Assembly (NCBI GenBank): GCA_951406725.2 | Contig: OX597815.1 | Span: forward strand, 127,596,001 to 127,660,000 | DNA length: 64,000 nucleotides | Source of the DNA: Octopus vulgaris | Taxonomy: Eukaryota | Direction of reading: 5' to 3' | In this document: positions 50,980 to 64,000 of the stretch, piece by piece | Layout of the letters: every line of letters starts with the position of its first letter | How positions within the stretch are numbered: the stretch's first letter is position 1 | Notes under the pieces: model-generated | The model's database searches: none | Seen by the model: the letters and a program-made list of their open reading frames with translations, nothing else | Told to the model about the DNA's origin: nothing | Made by a program: the position numbers and the translations under genes

Positions 50980-53272
50980 GTCGTCGTTTAACATCCGTTT
51001 TCCATGCTAGCACAGGTTGGACGGTTAGACCAGGGTCTGGGAAGCCTGGAGGCTGCAGCAGGCTCCAGTCTGATCTGGCAGTGTTTCTACAGTTGGATGC
51101 CCTTCCTAACGCCAACCACTCCGTGAGTGTAGTGGGTGCTTTTTACGTCCCACCGACACAGGTGCCAGGGGAGGCTGGCAGCGGCCACGATCGGTTGGTG
51201 TTTTTTATGTACCACCGGCACGGAAGCCAGTCAAGGCGGCGCTGGCATCGGCCACATTCGGATGGTGCTTTTTACATGCCACCGGCACAGGTATCACAAC
51301 TACAATTTCCATTTGACTTTTATTGTGATGTTCATGTACTTGACTCAATAGGTCTCCTCAAGCACAGCAGGTCACCCTACAATCCAAGGTAAGCACAGCA
51401 GGTCATTCTGCGATCCAAGGTACTTTGGATGGGCTGGGGCTGCTATGCGAAACTGGTGCAGGAAACAGCCATGAACTCACATTATTTGTCGGGTCTTCGC
51501 AGTCACAGCATACGAGGGGCGTTCAATAAGTAATGCCCCTGACCCACTTCCTATAGCAGTAGAGCAACGAAACTTGGCACAGTTATTAGTCTTTTTCTAC
51601 ATAGGAACCACCCAGAGTTACGCATCTCTCCCATCGTTTGATGCAGCGCTGGAGACTGTTTTTGTAGAAGACCCCAGCTTGGTCCTCCAACCACGACGTG
51701 ACTTTAGAAATCAAGGCTGCATCATCTGTGAAATGTTTTCCTTTCAAAAAAAACTTCATGGCTGGGAAGAGGTGAAAATCAGAGGGTGCAAGGTCAGGAG
51801 CGTAGGGGGGATGGGGAAGGAGTTCATAGCAGCACGCCTGTGCTTCTGATCTGGCGACACGCGAGTTGTGGACCGGAGCGTTGTCCTGCAGGAGGAGGAT
51901 GCCTTTGCTGATCTTGCCCCACCTCTTGATTTTGATAGCTTCTCATAATTTCCTCAAAAGTGAAGCATAATAGGCTCCTGTAATTGTGGTACCCTTTGCC
52001 AGGAAATCTGTCATCACTACTCCATCCTGGTCCCAGAAGACTGTGAGCATGACCTTGCCAGCAGAGGGCTGCACCCTTGCCTTCTTTGGAGGAGGTGAGT
52101 CACGGTGCTTCCACTGCATTGACTGGGCTTTGGTCTCTGAATCATAGTGATGGACCCAGGTTTCATCCTGTGTAATCAGTCTTTTGAAAAATTTTGACTC
52201 ATCTTCTTGGCACATCTCCAAATTCATCCTCGAGCACTCAACGCGTTCTTGCTTCTGAAAAGGTGTGAGCAACCTGGGAATCCATCTGGCAGACACCTTT
52301 TGCATATGCAAATGGTCATGAATGATAGTTTCCACAGACCCGGTACTAATCTTGACCTCATGGGCTATTTGGCGAATAGTTATGCATCGATCTTCCAAAA
52401 TGGCAGCCTCAACTTGACGGACAGATGCCTCATCAATGGCAGAAGGGGGTGACCAGATCTGAGAGCTGTTTCCACAGAGTTCCGACCATGTTTGAATTCA
52501 CGATGCCAGCGTTTTACAAGGTCATATGATGGGGCATCATCACTATAAGTTACTTTCATTTCATCAAAAGTCTCCTGTGGTGTGCGTCCTTTCAAATACA
52601 AAAACCAGATCACTGCTCGACACTCAACAGGCTCCATTTCACACTTGACTCAGTTCAAACACCTGTAAATCAGAAACCACAATTGGCTCAGAGCTGTAAT
52701 TTGCCAATTAATCTATAGAGATATAAATAATTGCACATGCAAAATTTCAGCTAGATCAAACAACTGCAAATGGGTCAGAGGCATTACTTATTGAACGTCC
52801 CTCGTATCTCCAGAGATCTCGGTCTTTCGTCATTGCCTCTGTGAGGCCCAACATTTGAAGGTTATGCTTGACCACCTCATCCCATGTCTTCCTGGGTCTA
52901 CTTCTACTCCGGATTCCTTCAACTATTTGGGAGTGGCACTTCTTCACACATCTCTCTTCATCCATCCATAGTACATGACCATACCAGCGCAAGCGTCTCT
53001 CTTGCACACTACATCCAATGCTTCTTATGTCCAGCATTTCTCTCAGGGCACTTACACTCTGTTGTGTGTGCACACTGACATTACACATCCAGCGGATCAT
53101 GCTAGCTTCATTTCTTTCAAGCCTACACCTGTCTTCTACAGTCACAGCCCATATTTCACTACTGTGAAGCATGGCAGTTCACACAGATGCGTCGTACAAT
53201 CTACCATTCACTCTGAGTGAGAGACCCTTTGTCACCAGTAGGAGTAGAAGCTTTCTAAACTTTGCCCAGGCT
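50980..53272 (-). mobile_element. RTE LINE 3' fragment interrupted by a mariner
   Basis: AWAKFRKLL...LHSSEIW...RPRKTW...DRDLWRY, which resumes as AVTAKTRQI on the other side of the mariner. 3' UTR units lie at about 51130-51290. Confidence 0.9.
51513..52804 (-). mobile_element. Full-length mariner transposon (DD34D type), transposase pseudogene
   Basis: 34-bp TIRs CGAGGGGCGTTCAATAAGTAATGCCCCTGACCCA with 2 mismatches and a TA duplication. WIPRLL, ITQDETW, QDNAPVH and YAPDLAPSDF are present, with one frameshift near 52440 and one stop at 51943. Confidence 0.96.
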
Positions 53273-53304
53273 ATATACACACATGCACACACACACATAT
53301 ATAT

Positions 53305-54627
53305 CGTCATTATCATCTTTATCACTTATTGTCTATGTTTTGGCATGGGTTAGATGGATTGGCCATAGCTGGTAAGTCTAGAGAGCTGCACCATGTTCCA
53401 GCTGTCTGTTTTGGCATGGTTTCTATGGCTGGATGCCCTTCCTAACATCAATCACTTCACAGAGTGTACTGTGTGTCCTTTATGTGTCACTAGCATGGGT
53501 GCTTTTTATGTATCACCATCATTAGACATGGCCATGATTTCACTTACCTTGATGTGTATTCTCAAGCACAGAAAATTGCCATGATTCTCATTTACTTGAA
53601 ATCACCACCATGATACTCAACAACCAGAGATCATATTTCACCACCTTGTCCCATGCTTTCCTAAGTCTACCTCTTCCACAAGTTTCCTCCAATTTAGAGA
53701 TTGACACTTCTTTACACAACTGTCCTCATTCATACGCACCACAAGACTATATTAGCACAGTCTTCTCTTTTGCACACTACATCTGAGGCCTCTTATACCC
53801 AATTTTTCTCTTAAGGCACTTACACTATCATATGTGCACACTGACATTGCACATCCAGTGGAACATCCTAGCTTCATAGACCCAGGAAGACACGGGACAA
53901 AGTGGTGAAGCATGATCTTTGAACTTTGAGTCCCACAAAAGCAATGACTAATAACTGAGACCTTTAGTGGTATGCTATACTTGAGAAGCACATCAAGTCA
54001 AGTGAAATCATAGTCATGGCTGATGTTGGTGTCGTGTAACTGGTACAAATGCCAACAGCATGTAACCGTTCGAGCATTGAGCCTCACAGAGGCAAAGTGG
54101 ATGAGTTCCTTTCAAGTGCTGGGCCTCACGGAGGCAAAGTGGTTGAGTTCCTTTCGAGTGTTGGGCTCCCTGGATGCAAAGTGGCTGCATTCCTTTCCAG
54201 TATTGGGTCTCATGGAGACAAACTGACTGAGTTCCTTTCGAGTGTTGTGCTTCCTGAAGACAAAGAGGCTAGGTTTCTTTCAAGCATTGGGCCTCACAGA
54301 GGCAAAGTGGCTGACTTCCTTTCAAGTGTTGGGTCTCACGGAGGCAATGACCAAGACCTTAGGCATTATGTCGTGCTTGAGAAGAAGACCTGTCAAACCA
54401 AGCAAAATCACAGTTGTGACATATACCAGTGTCATGTAAATGGCTCCCATTCTGGTGGCATGAAAAAGCACCCATTACACCCTCAGAGTGGTTGGCATTA
54501 GGAAGGGCATCCAGCCACAGAAAACCATGCCAAACCAGACTGAAGTCTGATGCAGCCTTCCAGCTTACCAACCATCCAAACCATCTAACTCATGCCAGCA
54601 TGGACAACAGACATTAAATGATGATGA
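53305..54627. mobile_element. Cluster of RTE 3' fragments (minus to ~53876, plus afterwards)
   Basis: RTE C-terminal and 3' UTR motifs in both orientations, including a 42-bp tandem array. Confidence 0.8.
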
Positions 54628-54797
54628 TATATATACATATATGTATGTATAAGTATATATGTGCATGTATACACACACACACCTGCTAAAAGACGCATGC
54701 AGACACCCATATATGTTCTCCCAAACAAAGCGGTATGCAACCATAAGTTTATACACAAATGCAGAAATGTACATACTTACTTATACACCCACCCACT

Positions 54798-54829
<32 letters not shown>

Positions 54830-54899
54830 AATATAAATATATATATATGTATATATATCACAGTATCACAGAAATGACCAGACTATCAGGTGCTATTAT

Positions 54900-55440
54900 A
54901 CAATGCTGGTCATAATGCACTTCCAATTCTGTCTTTTCCATTTTGACCCAAATTGCTTAGCTAGATCATCTTCCCATTAGGCCATTCAAGTGGCCTATTC
55001 TGAACTCTTAGATACCACCCGGCAACTGCACAAGTCCACCTGTTGTCTGTGAACTTTGCAACATTTTAGGTCCAGTGGAACTTGTGCTTTCAGTATTCAC
55101 CAATCACATCATTCACTCTGCTCTGTTATTGAATGATATCATTTCAAATATGTTCTTTTAATGATATTCCTAGCATGGATCTTTCTATAACCCTTTGCAT
55201 CACCACCAATCATTCTATCCTTTTCATAGTAGCTCAAGTCTGACTTGCATATAAAAGCACAGGTAGGATGGTATTATTGAAGTGTTTGGCATGTATGGTA
55301 TTGTCTATCTTTGTTTTGAACACATTCTTTATTGAATTAAACACTTTCCATCCTGCCCTTATTCTATTTACTAGACATATGCTCCATCATTCATGTACAT
55401 TAACATTAGACATCAAGCAAATGTACACTCATCTTATTTC
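54900..55440 (-). mobile_element. Degraded RTE-clade LINE of another family
   Basis: NRIRAGWKVFNSIKNVFK...FNNTILPVLLYASQT*. Confidence 0.6.
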
Positions 55441-55623
55441 TTGCTAATATTCACAAACCTTCTGCATGTAATTCCCATGTTTCACTATCATACAATATCT
55501 TACACCCACATGCATGGTAGTTACATGTGAAGAGTATGTTGTCATCAAGTCGCAATTTGTAAAAAGGTATAAATGGCTGCATACAATGATCACAGAACTA
55601 TTATTAAAAAAAAGAATGAAGTA

Positions 55624-55999
55624 GGCACAGGCATGCCTGTGTGGTAAGAAGCTTGCTTCCCATCCACTTGGTTCCAGGTTCAGTCCCACAGCATGACACT
55701 TAGGGCAAGTGTCTTCTACTATAGCCTCAGGCTGACCAAAGCCTTGTGAGTGAATTCAGTAGATGGAAACTGGACGAAGCCTACTGCATGTGTGTGTGTC
55801 TTTATGTCTGTACTTGATAACCAGTGTTGGTGTCTTTACATCCCCATAACTTAGCAGTTTGGCAAAAGAGACCAATAGAATAAGTAAGAGGTTTAAGAAA
55901 AAAAGTACTGAGAGTAGATTCTTTCAACTAAAAATCTTTTAAGGTAGTGCTCCAGCATGACTGCTGTCTAATGACTGAAACAAGTAAAAGATAAAGATA
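55624..55999 (+). mobile_element. Full-length tRNA-derived SINE (same family as 7611-8016)
   Basis: Head GGCACAGGCATGCCTGTGTGG...GGTTCAGTCCC; tail TGCTCCAGCATG...AATGACTGAAACAAGTAAAAGATA. Confidence 0.85.
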
Positions 56000-56460
56000 G
56001 CAATAAATAGGAACAATACAGGACATATGTACTGTCCCTATGCTAGGATATTTACATGGACCCATTAAGCAATTGTTATGAATTAGTTTATATAATAAAG
56101 TTCTTTCATTTCATCCATTCAATGATTAGTGCAAGAGTGAAACAAGACAACTTTCTAAATGTATATTTGGAGAAAGTTGCTTCAAATAAGCTCTGATTGT
56201 TGTCTTTTAGTCCCAGTTTAGACCTATGGTCAAAGACAAAGTAGCCATGACAATCTTAGCCAGACAATATTATCCAATGTGCCTTTATTTAATGACAATA
56301 CAGCGTCATTTAACGATATACGACTGCAATTTTTAGCTGGTTCAGTGATCACTTACAGACTCCTTTTTGGCTAGATCTTATTGATTTGTAAACTTGATAA
56401 TGAAGAAAAAATATGTATGTACTCAAATTGTTTTAGAAAAGCAAAATGGTGTAAACATAC

Positions 56461-56691
56461 CTTAACAGTAGCTGTAGTATCCAAGCCATTGGTGTCGTTA
56501 GCCTTAATAAGCATTTGAATATATCCACTGACACTTGAATCAAGATCTGCTTTTCGATAAATACCACTATTTCTTATTTCAAAGGGAGTCTTCAATTGTT
56601 TCAATGCATCATTGCCAAAGTATTCAAAGGATTCAATGAAATATTTATGCTGCTTATTCTTTGGGTCAGTATCTGCATCATTCACATAATA
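56461..56691 (-). CDS. Cadherin exon C (last EC repeat)
   Basis: TTGTTAG acceptor and GTATGT donor, 231 nt, phase 0 to 0. Translates YYVNDADTDPKN...MLIKANDTNGLDTTATVK. Confidence 0.9.
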
Positions 56692-57470
56692 CTAACAAGA
56701 AAATATCAAAGAACCTTATAAATACTTTTGATCTACATATAATAATCTTAAAATTCAAGAAATACATACATAAATAAAATGGTACAAGCTCTAATAAAAT
56801 AAATGTGAGCAAAATGTTAAATTTTATAATGAATTGAGTAAATCCCACTAATACTTATTTTATAATTCTTCTAAAGGGATGAAAAGGCAAAGTCAAATTC
56901 CATGTGTTACAGACTCAGAACAATTTCAAATTCAAGACTAAAATATGTATAAAATCTCCCCTACCATAAATTCAATTGAAGAGGAAACATGATAGATCTT
57001 ATTGATTTCTAATCTAAAATAAGGAAGAAATTTATATCTCATCTGTTTGAAACCCTGATAGATTATGGAACTAATTGTCTTGTTTGGTTTTGTTCTCAAT
57101 GCCTGGAGTTCAAATACGACAAATACTGAATTTATTTATCCTCCTCTGACCATATGAAAACTATTCAACTACACAACTTAGAAAATAAACTTGAGTTTCA
57201 TAAAAGTAATCAACATAAAGAAAGCTCAGCAATGAATGAGTTTATGGATGATTAATGGGTTGGATGGGTGTTGATAAAGGACCAAAAACTCCCAAAATAT
57301 GGCATTACTCATTTTTCCCTCTTCAATCTCATTGTTTGTCTTCATCTGGCACCTTGGATATGAAAATCATAACTAAATCAATACTGGTTACAATTTCTAT
57401 GAAAAATCAGTAGAGATGATCTTATAACATGGTTTAAGTGCACTACTAATACAGTAGTGCACTGTAGTAC

Positions 57471-57704
57471 AAAGGTGGTGAGCTGGCAGAATCATTAGCA
57501 CACTGGGCAAAATGCTTAAAGGTATTTCGTCTGCTGTTACGTTCTGAGTTCAAATTCCGCCGAGGTCGACTTTGCCTTTCATCCTTTCGGGGTTGATGAA
57601 ATAAGTATCAGTTACGTACTGGAGTTGATGTAATCGATTTAATCCCTTTCTCTGTCTGTGTTTGTCCCCTCTATGTTCAGCTCCTTGTGGGCAATAAAGA
57701 AATA
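57471..57704 (+). mobile_element. tRNA-derived SINE with Nin-domain-like core
   Basis: TGGCAGAATC A box, GAGTTCAAATTCC B box, GTCGACTTTGCCTTTCATCCTTTCGGGG core. Flanked by a diverged direct repeat AATACAGTAGTRCAC (57448 and 57705), a possible TSD. Confidence 0.8.
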
Positions 57705-58066
57705 AATACAGTAGTACACAGTATTGACTCATGAAAACATTTTAAATACTTTGTAGTATTTTATGGTTGTATATTAAAATACATGTCTCTACAAGTCATT
57801 AAAGCTCACACAGAATAAATTCTAATCAACTGGATTGAGCTCACTGCTCTGAGCACTGGCGTTCCTATTCCTCTAACTTATTTTTAAAAATATATTCTAT
57901 TATAATTTGCTTAAATCAATAAAATATCACGATATCTTCATGGCATCTTACCTATCTACTTTAATGCATGTCATGATAGGAAGCTAACCCAATTAAGATT
58001 TTTTAAAAAGTGGGGGGGGGAGAAAACTCCAAAGCTCTGAAAGTTTCAGCATTTAAATATACTTAC

Positions 58067-58374
58067 TTCCAACTCTAATATTTTTTCTTCTTTAGAAATA
58101 TCAAATATAATAGCTTTACTAAATGCTTTTTCAGTAAATATTGGTGGATTGTCATCAGCATCTTGAATGACAACATCTACATTCATTTTGTTGAGTATAT
58201 CAGGAGAGGGAGATTTAGGACATGAAGCATTATATGTGACCTCAATACAATTCTGGACAACTACCACCAGTTTTAAGAATTTTGTTGTTTCATAATCAAC
58301 TCCTTTCTTGGTCTCAATTAAAGCAGCATTAGAATCATTCTTTAAAACAAAATAGCTTGCAGATTCAGTATCAT
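58067..58374 (-). CDS. Cadherin exon B (EC repeat)
   Basis: TTTCAG acceptor and GTAAGT donor, phase 1 to 0. Translates ...GVDYETTKFLKLVVVVQNC...VDVVIQDADDNPPIFTEKAF...LELE, with DYE and DxDDNPPxF motifs. Confidence 0.93.
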
Positions 58375-58554
58375 CTGAAAAAGTTCAAAAGATGTAAATG
58401 AAAGAGAATCAAAGCAATTAAAATGGGTTTAGGAAAAAGAAGAAAATCAGTATGTAATTTATTTAATGGGTAATTAAAGTAAAAAGTTGTTTCAAGATGA
58501 CATAGATTGTAGTAGTCTGAAATTCAAATCAAGTTTATTATTTTCCTTCGTTGT

Positions 58555-59140
58555 CATCATCATCATCATCATCGTTTAACAGCCGCTTTCCATGCTGGCA
58601 TGGGTTGGACAGTTTGACTGAGGACTGGCAAACCAGATGGCTGCACCAGGCTCTGGCAGAGTTTCTATAGCTGGATGCCCTTCCTAACGCCAACCACCCC
58701 GAGAGTGAAATGCGCCACCAGCACGAGGGCCAGTCAGGCGGAACTAGCAATGGCCACACTCAAATGGTGTTCTTTATGTGCCACCTGTACAGGAGCCAAT
58801 CCAGTGGCACTGGCAACGACCTCACTCAAATGTTGTTTTTCACATGCCACAGGCACAAGTGCCAGTAGGGTGACGCTGGTAATGATCACACTCGAATGGT
58901 GCTTTTTACATGCCACTGGCATGGAAGCCAATCAGTGGCCCAGGTAACGATCATGCTCAGATGATGCTCTTAACGTTCCACTAGCATGGATGCCAGTCAG
59001 GCAGTGCTATCATTGGTCACATCAGCGAATTTCATTTCAATTTCACTTGCCTCAACAGGTCTTCGCAAACAGAGTTTAGTATCCAATGAAAGAAAGGTAC
59101 ACATAAGTGGGCTGGTTACACCACCGGCATAAGCCACAGT
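58555..59140 (-). mobile_element. RTE 3' UTR with about 5 repeat units
   Basis: (TCA)n tail, GGATGCCCTTCCTAACGCCAACC, and ~65-bp units containing TTTTACATGCCAC.GGCAC. Confidence 0.85.
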
Positions 59141-60030
59141 TTGTGCATGAATAGTCAAAGCCCCACATGAGAACTCAGTCACAACACTGCAAACTAATTT
59201 ATATAATTTCATAATTCTCTCACTGCTCTTTCTTATGTGCTGCACTGTTCTATGATACATATAGCTAGATAGACTGGACCATCGAGATTCAAGTGTTTTT
59301 GCTAATAAAAAATAGTTTATCTGTTCTGATGTCACAGACAGTAAAAGGCTCATACAACTTTGAACAGGTTACACAAGCCTCTCCTAAAAGACATTCTGAT
59401 TCATCTAGACTTACAGATTTGTAATGTGATTCCAAGATACAATATACAATTTACAATATATTTATTCCTTCTAAATCTATAAGTATAATTCCATGCTGCT
59501 CAATATCTCTTAACTTGTCTCGCTCTTTTCTTTATATCTTATAGCATTTTATACAACACTGTTCCATTACAATGTTTCCCTTGTTCTGTGTGAACTTCAG
59601 TTTAAAACAGAACTTCTCAGTGGTTTGCAATAGAGTGTCTCTTTAGAATGCTCATCATTCCTCTAGATTATATAATTTCACTATCATTGTACTTAAACAC
59701 TATAGCATAGATTATAAATCTTTCGCAAATCTGCAGACAAGGATTGATTTATAATTATAGAAGTTCCTCTTGCTTTTTTAATGCCCTCAAACAATGTATA
59801 AACAATATAACTCTTAATACTGCCTTGAGCTCACTGAGTCTGAAAACCCATTAAATGATACATCTGATGATAAATATTCAAGTAATTTACTTATTTGAAT
59901 TTGAGAAACAAATAGATATTTATCCTTAAATTTTAAAGAATAGTAGGAATGTGGAATTTTATTATGCAACTCTAATGTACTATAAAATAAATTAAATGTT
60001 TTTATAAGTCAACACATCCTAGCAGTGCTC

Positions 60031-60366
60031 TTTACAATATTTTGTTACGGTTATTTCTACAGAAACTATAGCCAGCACTGATTTTTTGCTATAACGTTTC
60101 ATATCTTTATATTTAAAACTTTTTAGAATTAAATATATCCAAACAATTCAATATAATGAAAATGAACCAGCTCTGGCTCTGAGTACAAATGTCTTGTTTT
60201 CATAAGTTTTGAATTAAAATCTTCCACCAAACTGTAGTTATAATTTATGTTCCTAACACTAGCTTAATGATAACTAAGTTATTTTAATTAAATTCTTTGT
60301 TATATTTAAGATTAATTGAAAGATACATAGATCATCTCAAAATAGGTACGGTAATGAAAGGGTTAA
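60031..60366. mobile_element. MITE-like element ending GGTAATGAAAGGGTTAA
   Basis: TTAA-CCCTTT-type terminus. The interior is related to 29737-29943. Confidence 0.5.
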
Positions 60367-60789
60367 AATGGGTATCAAAGTTGCTTAGCCCCAGGCTAGC
60401 CCTAATCAGACAGACTAATTTCAGTGACTTTCCTTTATTTATCAGGATAGCTAGGATCATTCTTTCAGTTTACTGTTTCTATTTTCAAGGTGATATGGAG
60501 AGAATTGAGGGCATTGGTTGCTATCAATTGGGTCAAGTGAACTTGTAGAAATTCCCATTTGCTAGTGATTGGGCATTAAACTTAACTGCAATATTAATGA
60601 TTCTTGTCACCTACTTTGGCAATAGTTCTCATTAAGGATATAAGAAAATTTACCTTCCAGTAACTCAAGGGTGCACCCTGACACATTTTCACCACCATTC
60701 TTTTTCTCTTCCAACTGGAGTATCCAGCAAGATATTCTATTATCTTTAACTTCTTATCACATAGCATAAAACCAGCTCCCCCAATACAT

Positions 60790-61040
60790 CCCTACCACCT
60801 CAATTGAGGAGGAGACTTGCAAGTTACATGGTAACCACACTAGTGCTAGTACCATTTAAAAAACACCTGACATACTGTGTAAAGTGATTGGCATCAGGAT
60901 AGGCATCTAGCCATAGACATCAGATCAAAGCAGACATTGAAGATTGAAGTTGTCCTCTGGCCTGCCAGCTCCTGTCTCACTGGTCAACCCACACTAGCAT
61001 GGAAAATGGACATTAAATGATGAGGATAATGATGATGATG
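60790..61040 (+). mobile_element. Degraded RTE 3' UTR
   Basis: TTGGCATCAGGATAGGCATC...CTAGCATGGAAAATGGACATTAAATGATGA. Confidence 0.65.
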
Positions 61041-61979
61041 AACTTGGCACTTAAATATTTGTGCTTACACTGAGGTTTCAATTGTTGACACTTTCTAAAT
61101 CAATAGTTACTGTTGTTTGACTCAGGTCAGCCTTGATTGAGTGGCCCTATGTTCAAAGGTATTCCAGATATGACTATGCTGTCTCAACAACAACATTGTT
61201 TAATGCCTTTCTTGCATTAAGACAGTAGAGTGTGATTTGAAGGAAATTTGACAGTTATTTCTGGAAAGTCCAGCAACCTTTTATAAGCACCCTCAGTGGC
61301 TTGTATTCAATAGTTAGGGTATCACAACCAATTCCAAGAGGAACACTCCACTCAAAATCCAAGTTTTATAATCTACTCCAAAGGAATTAAATCCATACTC
61401 CTTATTTATATCTAAGTGAAGCATTTCTTTATCTTAAATAGCAGCATGCAACCAACATCAAATTGCCTTTCTTTTGACATTTGTACCATAGAAGTGACCA
61501 ATCAGAAGACTAAATTCCTACAGCATTTGGCATTGTACTTCTTTTAATCTATCCTCAAAACTGTCTATATGCTGCTCACCTAAACAAGCTGGAGGACATC
61601 TTGCTGGTGAGTTTCATTTTAGGCTTGTTTTTACATCTAGGTACCCTCACTAATACCAACCAATTTAGAGAGTGCACTTGGTGCATTTCTCTTTTTGTGG
61701 CACCAGGGAACAACAAATTGTAGTCTGAATGTTATATTAGGAGTGAGCTAGAGAAAATAGGCTATAGGCGAAGGTTATTAAAGTTCTGGAAAAAATATTA
61801 TCCTTAAGAAAGATGTGAATGAATAACGACTGACTGATCAGATTAGACAAATTAAGACCAAAGGGTCGTTAGAGAAGATGGGAAAAGAGAAGATTATAAT
61901 GGAAGTGAGAAAGGAACTGCAAGGATCTACTGGTCTGGAAGAAATGGTCATAGAACAAGGGAGCTTACAAAGCTGGGAC

Positions 61980-63270
61980 ATAAACAGAGAGAATCTATGT
62001 ACCTCTAACTAGAGAGTCACTTGCAGAAAATAGCCCAGAATTGGCTACTTTAAGTGACAGAATTCTGGAAGTAATTGTCCTTGAGGAAAGGAAAATGTTG
62101 CCATCATTAACGCTATGTGATAGAGTAAAGTTAAGGTCAGAACTAGGAAAGTAAATGAAGTTGTCATGAGAATTCCAATTAAGGAATTGTTAAATTCCTT
62201 GATGCATGCTGTTGCTTATGTCATTACCAAGAAGATGGGAATGTTTATAGAAAAGAAAGTACAGAGTAACAAAGTCTTATACCAGAAAAGGAGAATAAGA
62301 AGACTTAAGTAAGATAAAGGAAGTAAGGAAAGGAAATACGAGGTTCAATGAAAGAGAACATATTTACATGAATAAAAAATACCTGGTAGACAAGGATATT
62401 CAATTTATATTGGATATGTTAAAACAAAATATCAAAACAAGTACCAAAAGATATGAGGGAAGGTGTCTACAGTTTAAACAAAATCAACTGTTTAGAACAA
62501 ATAATAAGCTGTTCTATGAGAGACTCTAGATGGAGGTGATAAAGAAGAAAGAGAGTTACTCAATCCCAAAGAAGCAACTTCATTTTGGAGCAAGATCTGG
62601 TCAGAGAATGTCAAATACAACAAAAGGGTATTCAAACTCCATGAAGTGGAAGAAAAATTCAAAGATATGGAGACACAGGACATTGTCATCATGTTGGAAG
62701 ATAGTTAAGCCAGTGTTGGTAAGATGAGAAATTGAAAGGCAACTGGTCTGGACCTAGTTCAGGCATTTGGGTTCAAGGTTTTGACAAATTTACATCCTAA
62801 ATTACAAAATATCCTGCAAGGCTGTATAGACCAAGGAACTGTACCAGAATGGATGGTCAAAGAAAGAACTACCTTGATTCAGAAGGCCCCAGTCATAGGT
62901 GTCATTACCAATAACTATCATCTAATTGCCTGTTTACCTCTGATGTAGGAGCTTCTAACAGGGATAATGAGAAAGGAATTGTACTACCATCTTAAAGGAA
63001 ATGAACTACTAAAGACAGCAGGAACAGATCATGAGGAACACAGGATCAATTGCTGATTGACAAAGCAATTCTTAGGAACTGCCAAAGAAAGTTGACAAAT
63101 CTATCAATAGGTTGGATTGACTAAAAGGCATATAATATGGTTCCTATTCTTGGATTCTGAAATGCCTAGAGATGGCTAGGGCAGCAGAAAATTTGATTTA
63201 TTTGTTCAAAAACAGTATGAGAAATTGGAAGATAGTTCTGACTACAGATGGAAAAGAAATTAGACCAAAT
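61980..63270 (+). mobile_element. Degraded R4/Dong-like non-LTR retrotransposon RT
   Basis: KATGLDLVQAFGFK, VPEWMVKERTTLIQK, NYHLIACLPLM, DQLLIDKAIL and GWID.KAYNMVP.SWILKCL, with many stops. Confidence 0.75.
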
Positions 63271-63801
63271 GCTATCTGGATGTCTTGAGAGGAAATTCAT
63301 ACGGTCTGAATAAGGGATTCCATAAACTGCAGGCAATTAATTGGTTTCATGTTTTTGTGCAGTTTGTAATCAGCTCTAATTTTTTCTGAATCATGGAGAG
63401 CAGCAACATACTAACAATAAACAGTAAGGGTGATATAGAGTCTACTTCCAAGATTCCCCTCTTAATAATAAATCTTTGCATCAATTTTCATATGCCAACA
63501 AATAGGTTTCATGTGACATATTTTTTCTGAGCATGGAAAGCAGAGGTTAAATGATGATGGTGATGATGTTGATGTATAGGCTCTAAATGCACTCTATAAA
63601 AAATCGTTCAGAAACAAAGCTTTCATGAAAATAAATAGCCTTAAACATAATCAAGATATTTAAAATTATGATATTTATTTCGTAAGATGCATTATGATTT
63701 TGAGGTGTATCTTTTGCTAAAACAAATTTGTCTTATATTCTTTAAATGCAGTAATTGACTCATTTATTTTTGTTAACAAAGTTTTCAAAGTTTTTACTTA
63801 C

Positions 63802-64000
63802 CAATAGTATAACATAAATCAAATCCAGAATCTTTAGCCTTCACCGAACCAGTAGCTATCGGTGGTGGTCCTTCTTTAATTGTGAATGTGTCATTAGGCT
63901 GGAGAAATTCAGGGGGCTCATCATTAATGTTTGTAACTTTCACAGATAACAAAAATACTGTAGGAATTGAAGGGAGCGATGGAGTACCAGAATCAGAAGC
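63802..64000 (-). CDS. Cadherin (CDH23/Cad87A-like) exon A, 5' end beyond window
   Basis: Translates ASDSGTPSLPSIPTVFLLSVKVTNINDEPPEFLQPNDTFTIKEGPPPIATGSVKAKDSGFDLCYTI, with cadherin AxDxGxP and NxNDxxPxF motifs. Ends at a GTAAGT donor, phase 1. Confidence 0.92.

Noticed and set aside
51943-52637. SETMAR-like host gene
   Set aside because: There is no SET domain, it is bounded by TIRs and a TA duplication, and it has a frameshift and a stop.
53585-54000. Twin-priming inversion of one RTE
   Set aside because: Both oppositely oriented pieces contain the same RPRKTW region, so they are separate copies.

Overview
AT-rich, repeat-dense eukaryotic (animal) DNA with two 100-N gaps. The SINE and LINE families suggest an octopus or other cephalopod, which is an inference. 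The only host gene I can support is a minus-strand cadherin of the CDH23/Cad87A type. Nine phase-compatible GT-AG exons between 64000 and 25094 encode the last EC repeats, a membrane-adjacent domain, the TM helix and the start of the cytoplasmic tail. Most of the remainder is intronic or intergenic TE debris: CR1-group LINEs (one near-complete, with an upstream CCCH zinc finger), RTE LINEs with structured 3' UTR repeat arrays, Tx1/L1-like and R4/Dong-like remnants, tRNA-derived SINEs sharing the CR1 3' stem-loop, Helitrons (one composite, with a Pif1-type helicase fragment), mariner and Tc1 transposons, and Penelope-like remnants. There are also very long (TA)n/(TATG)n tracts, which generate nearly all of the long 'YIYIYI' ORFs as artefacts. 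The most notable cryptic signals are several minimal type-I hammerhead ribozyme motifs (one with an intact core and a ~79-nt loop II), two ~200-bp palindromes, and the double-hairpin repeat arrays in RTE 3' UTRs.
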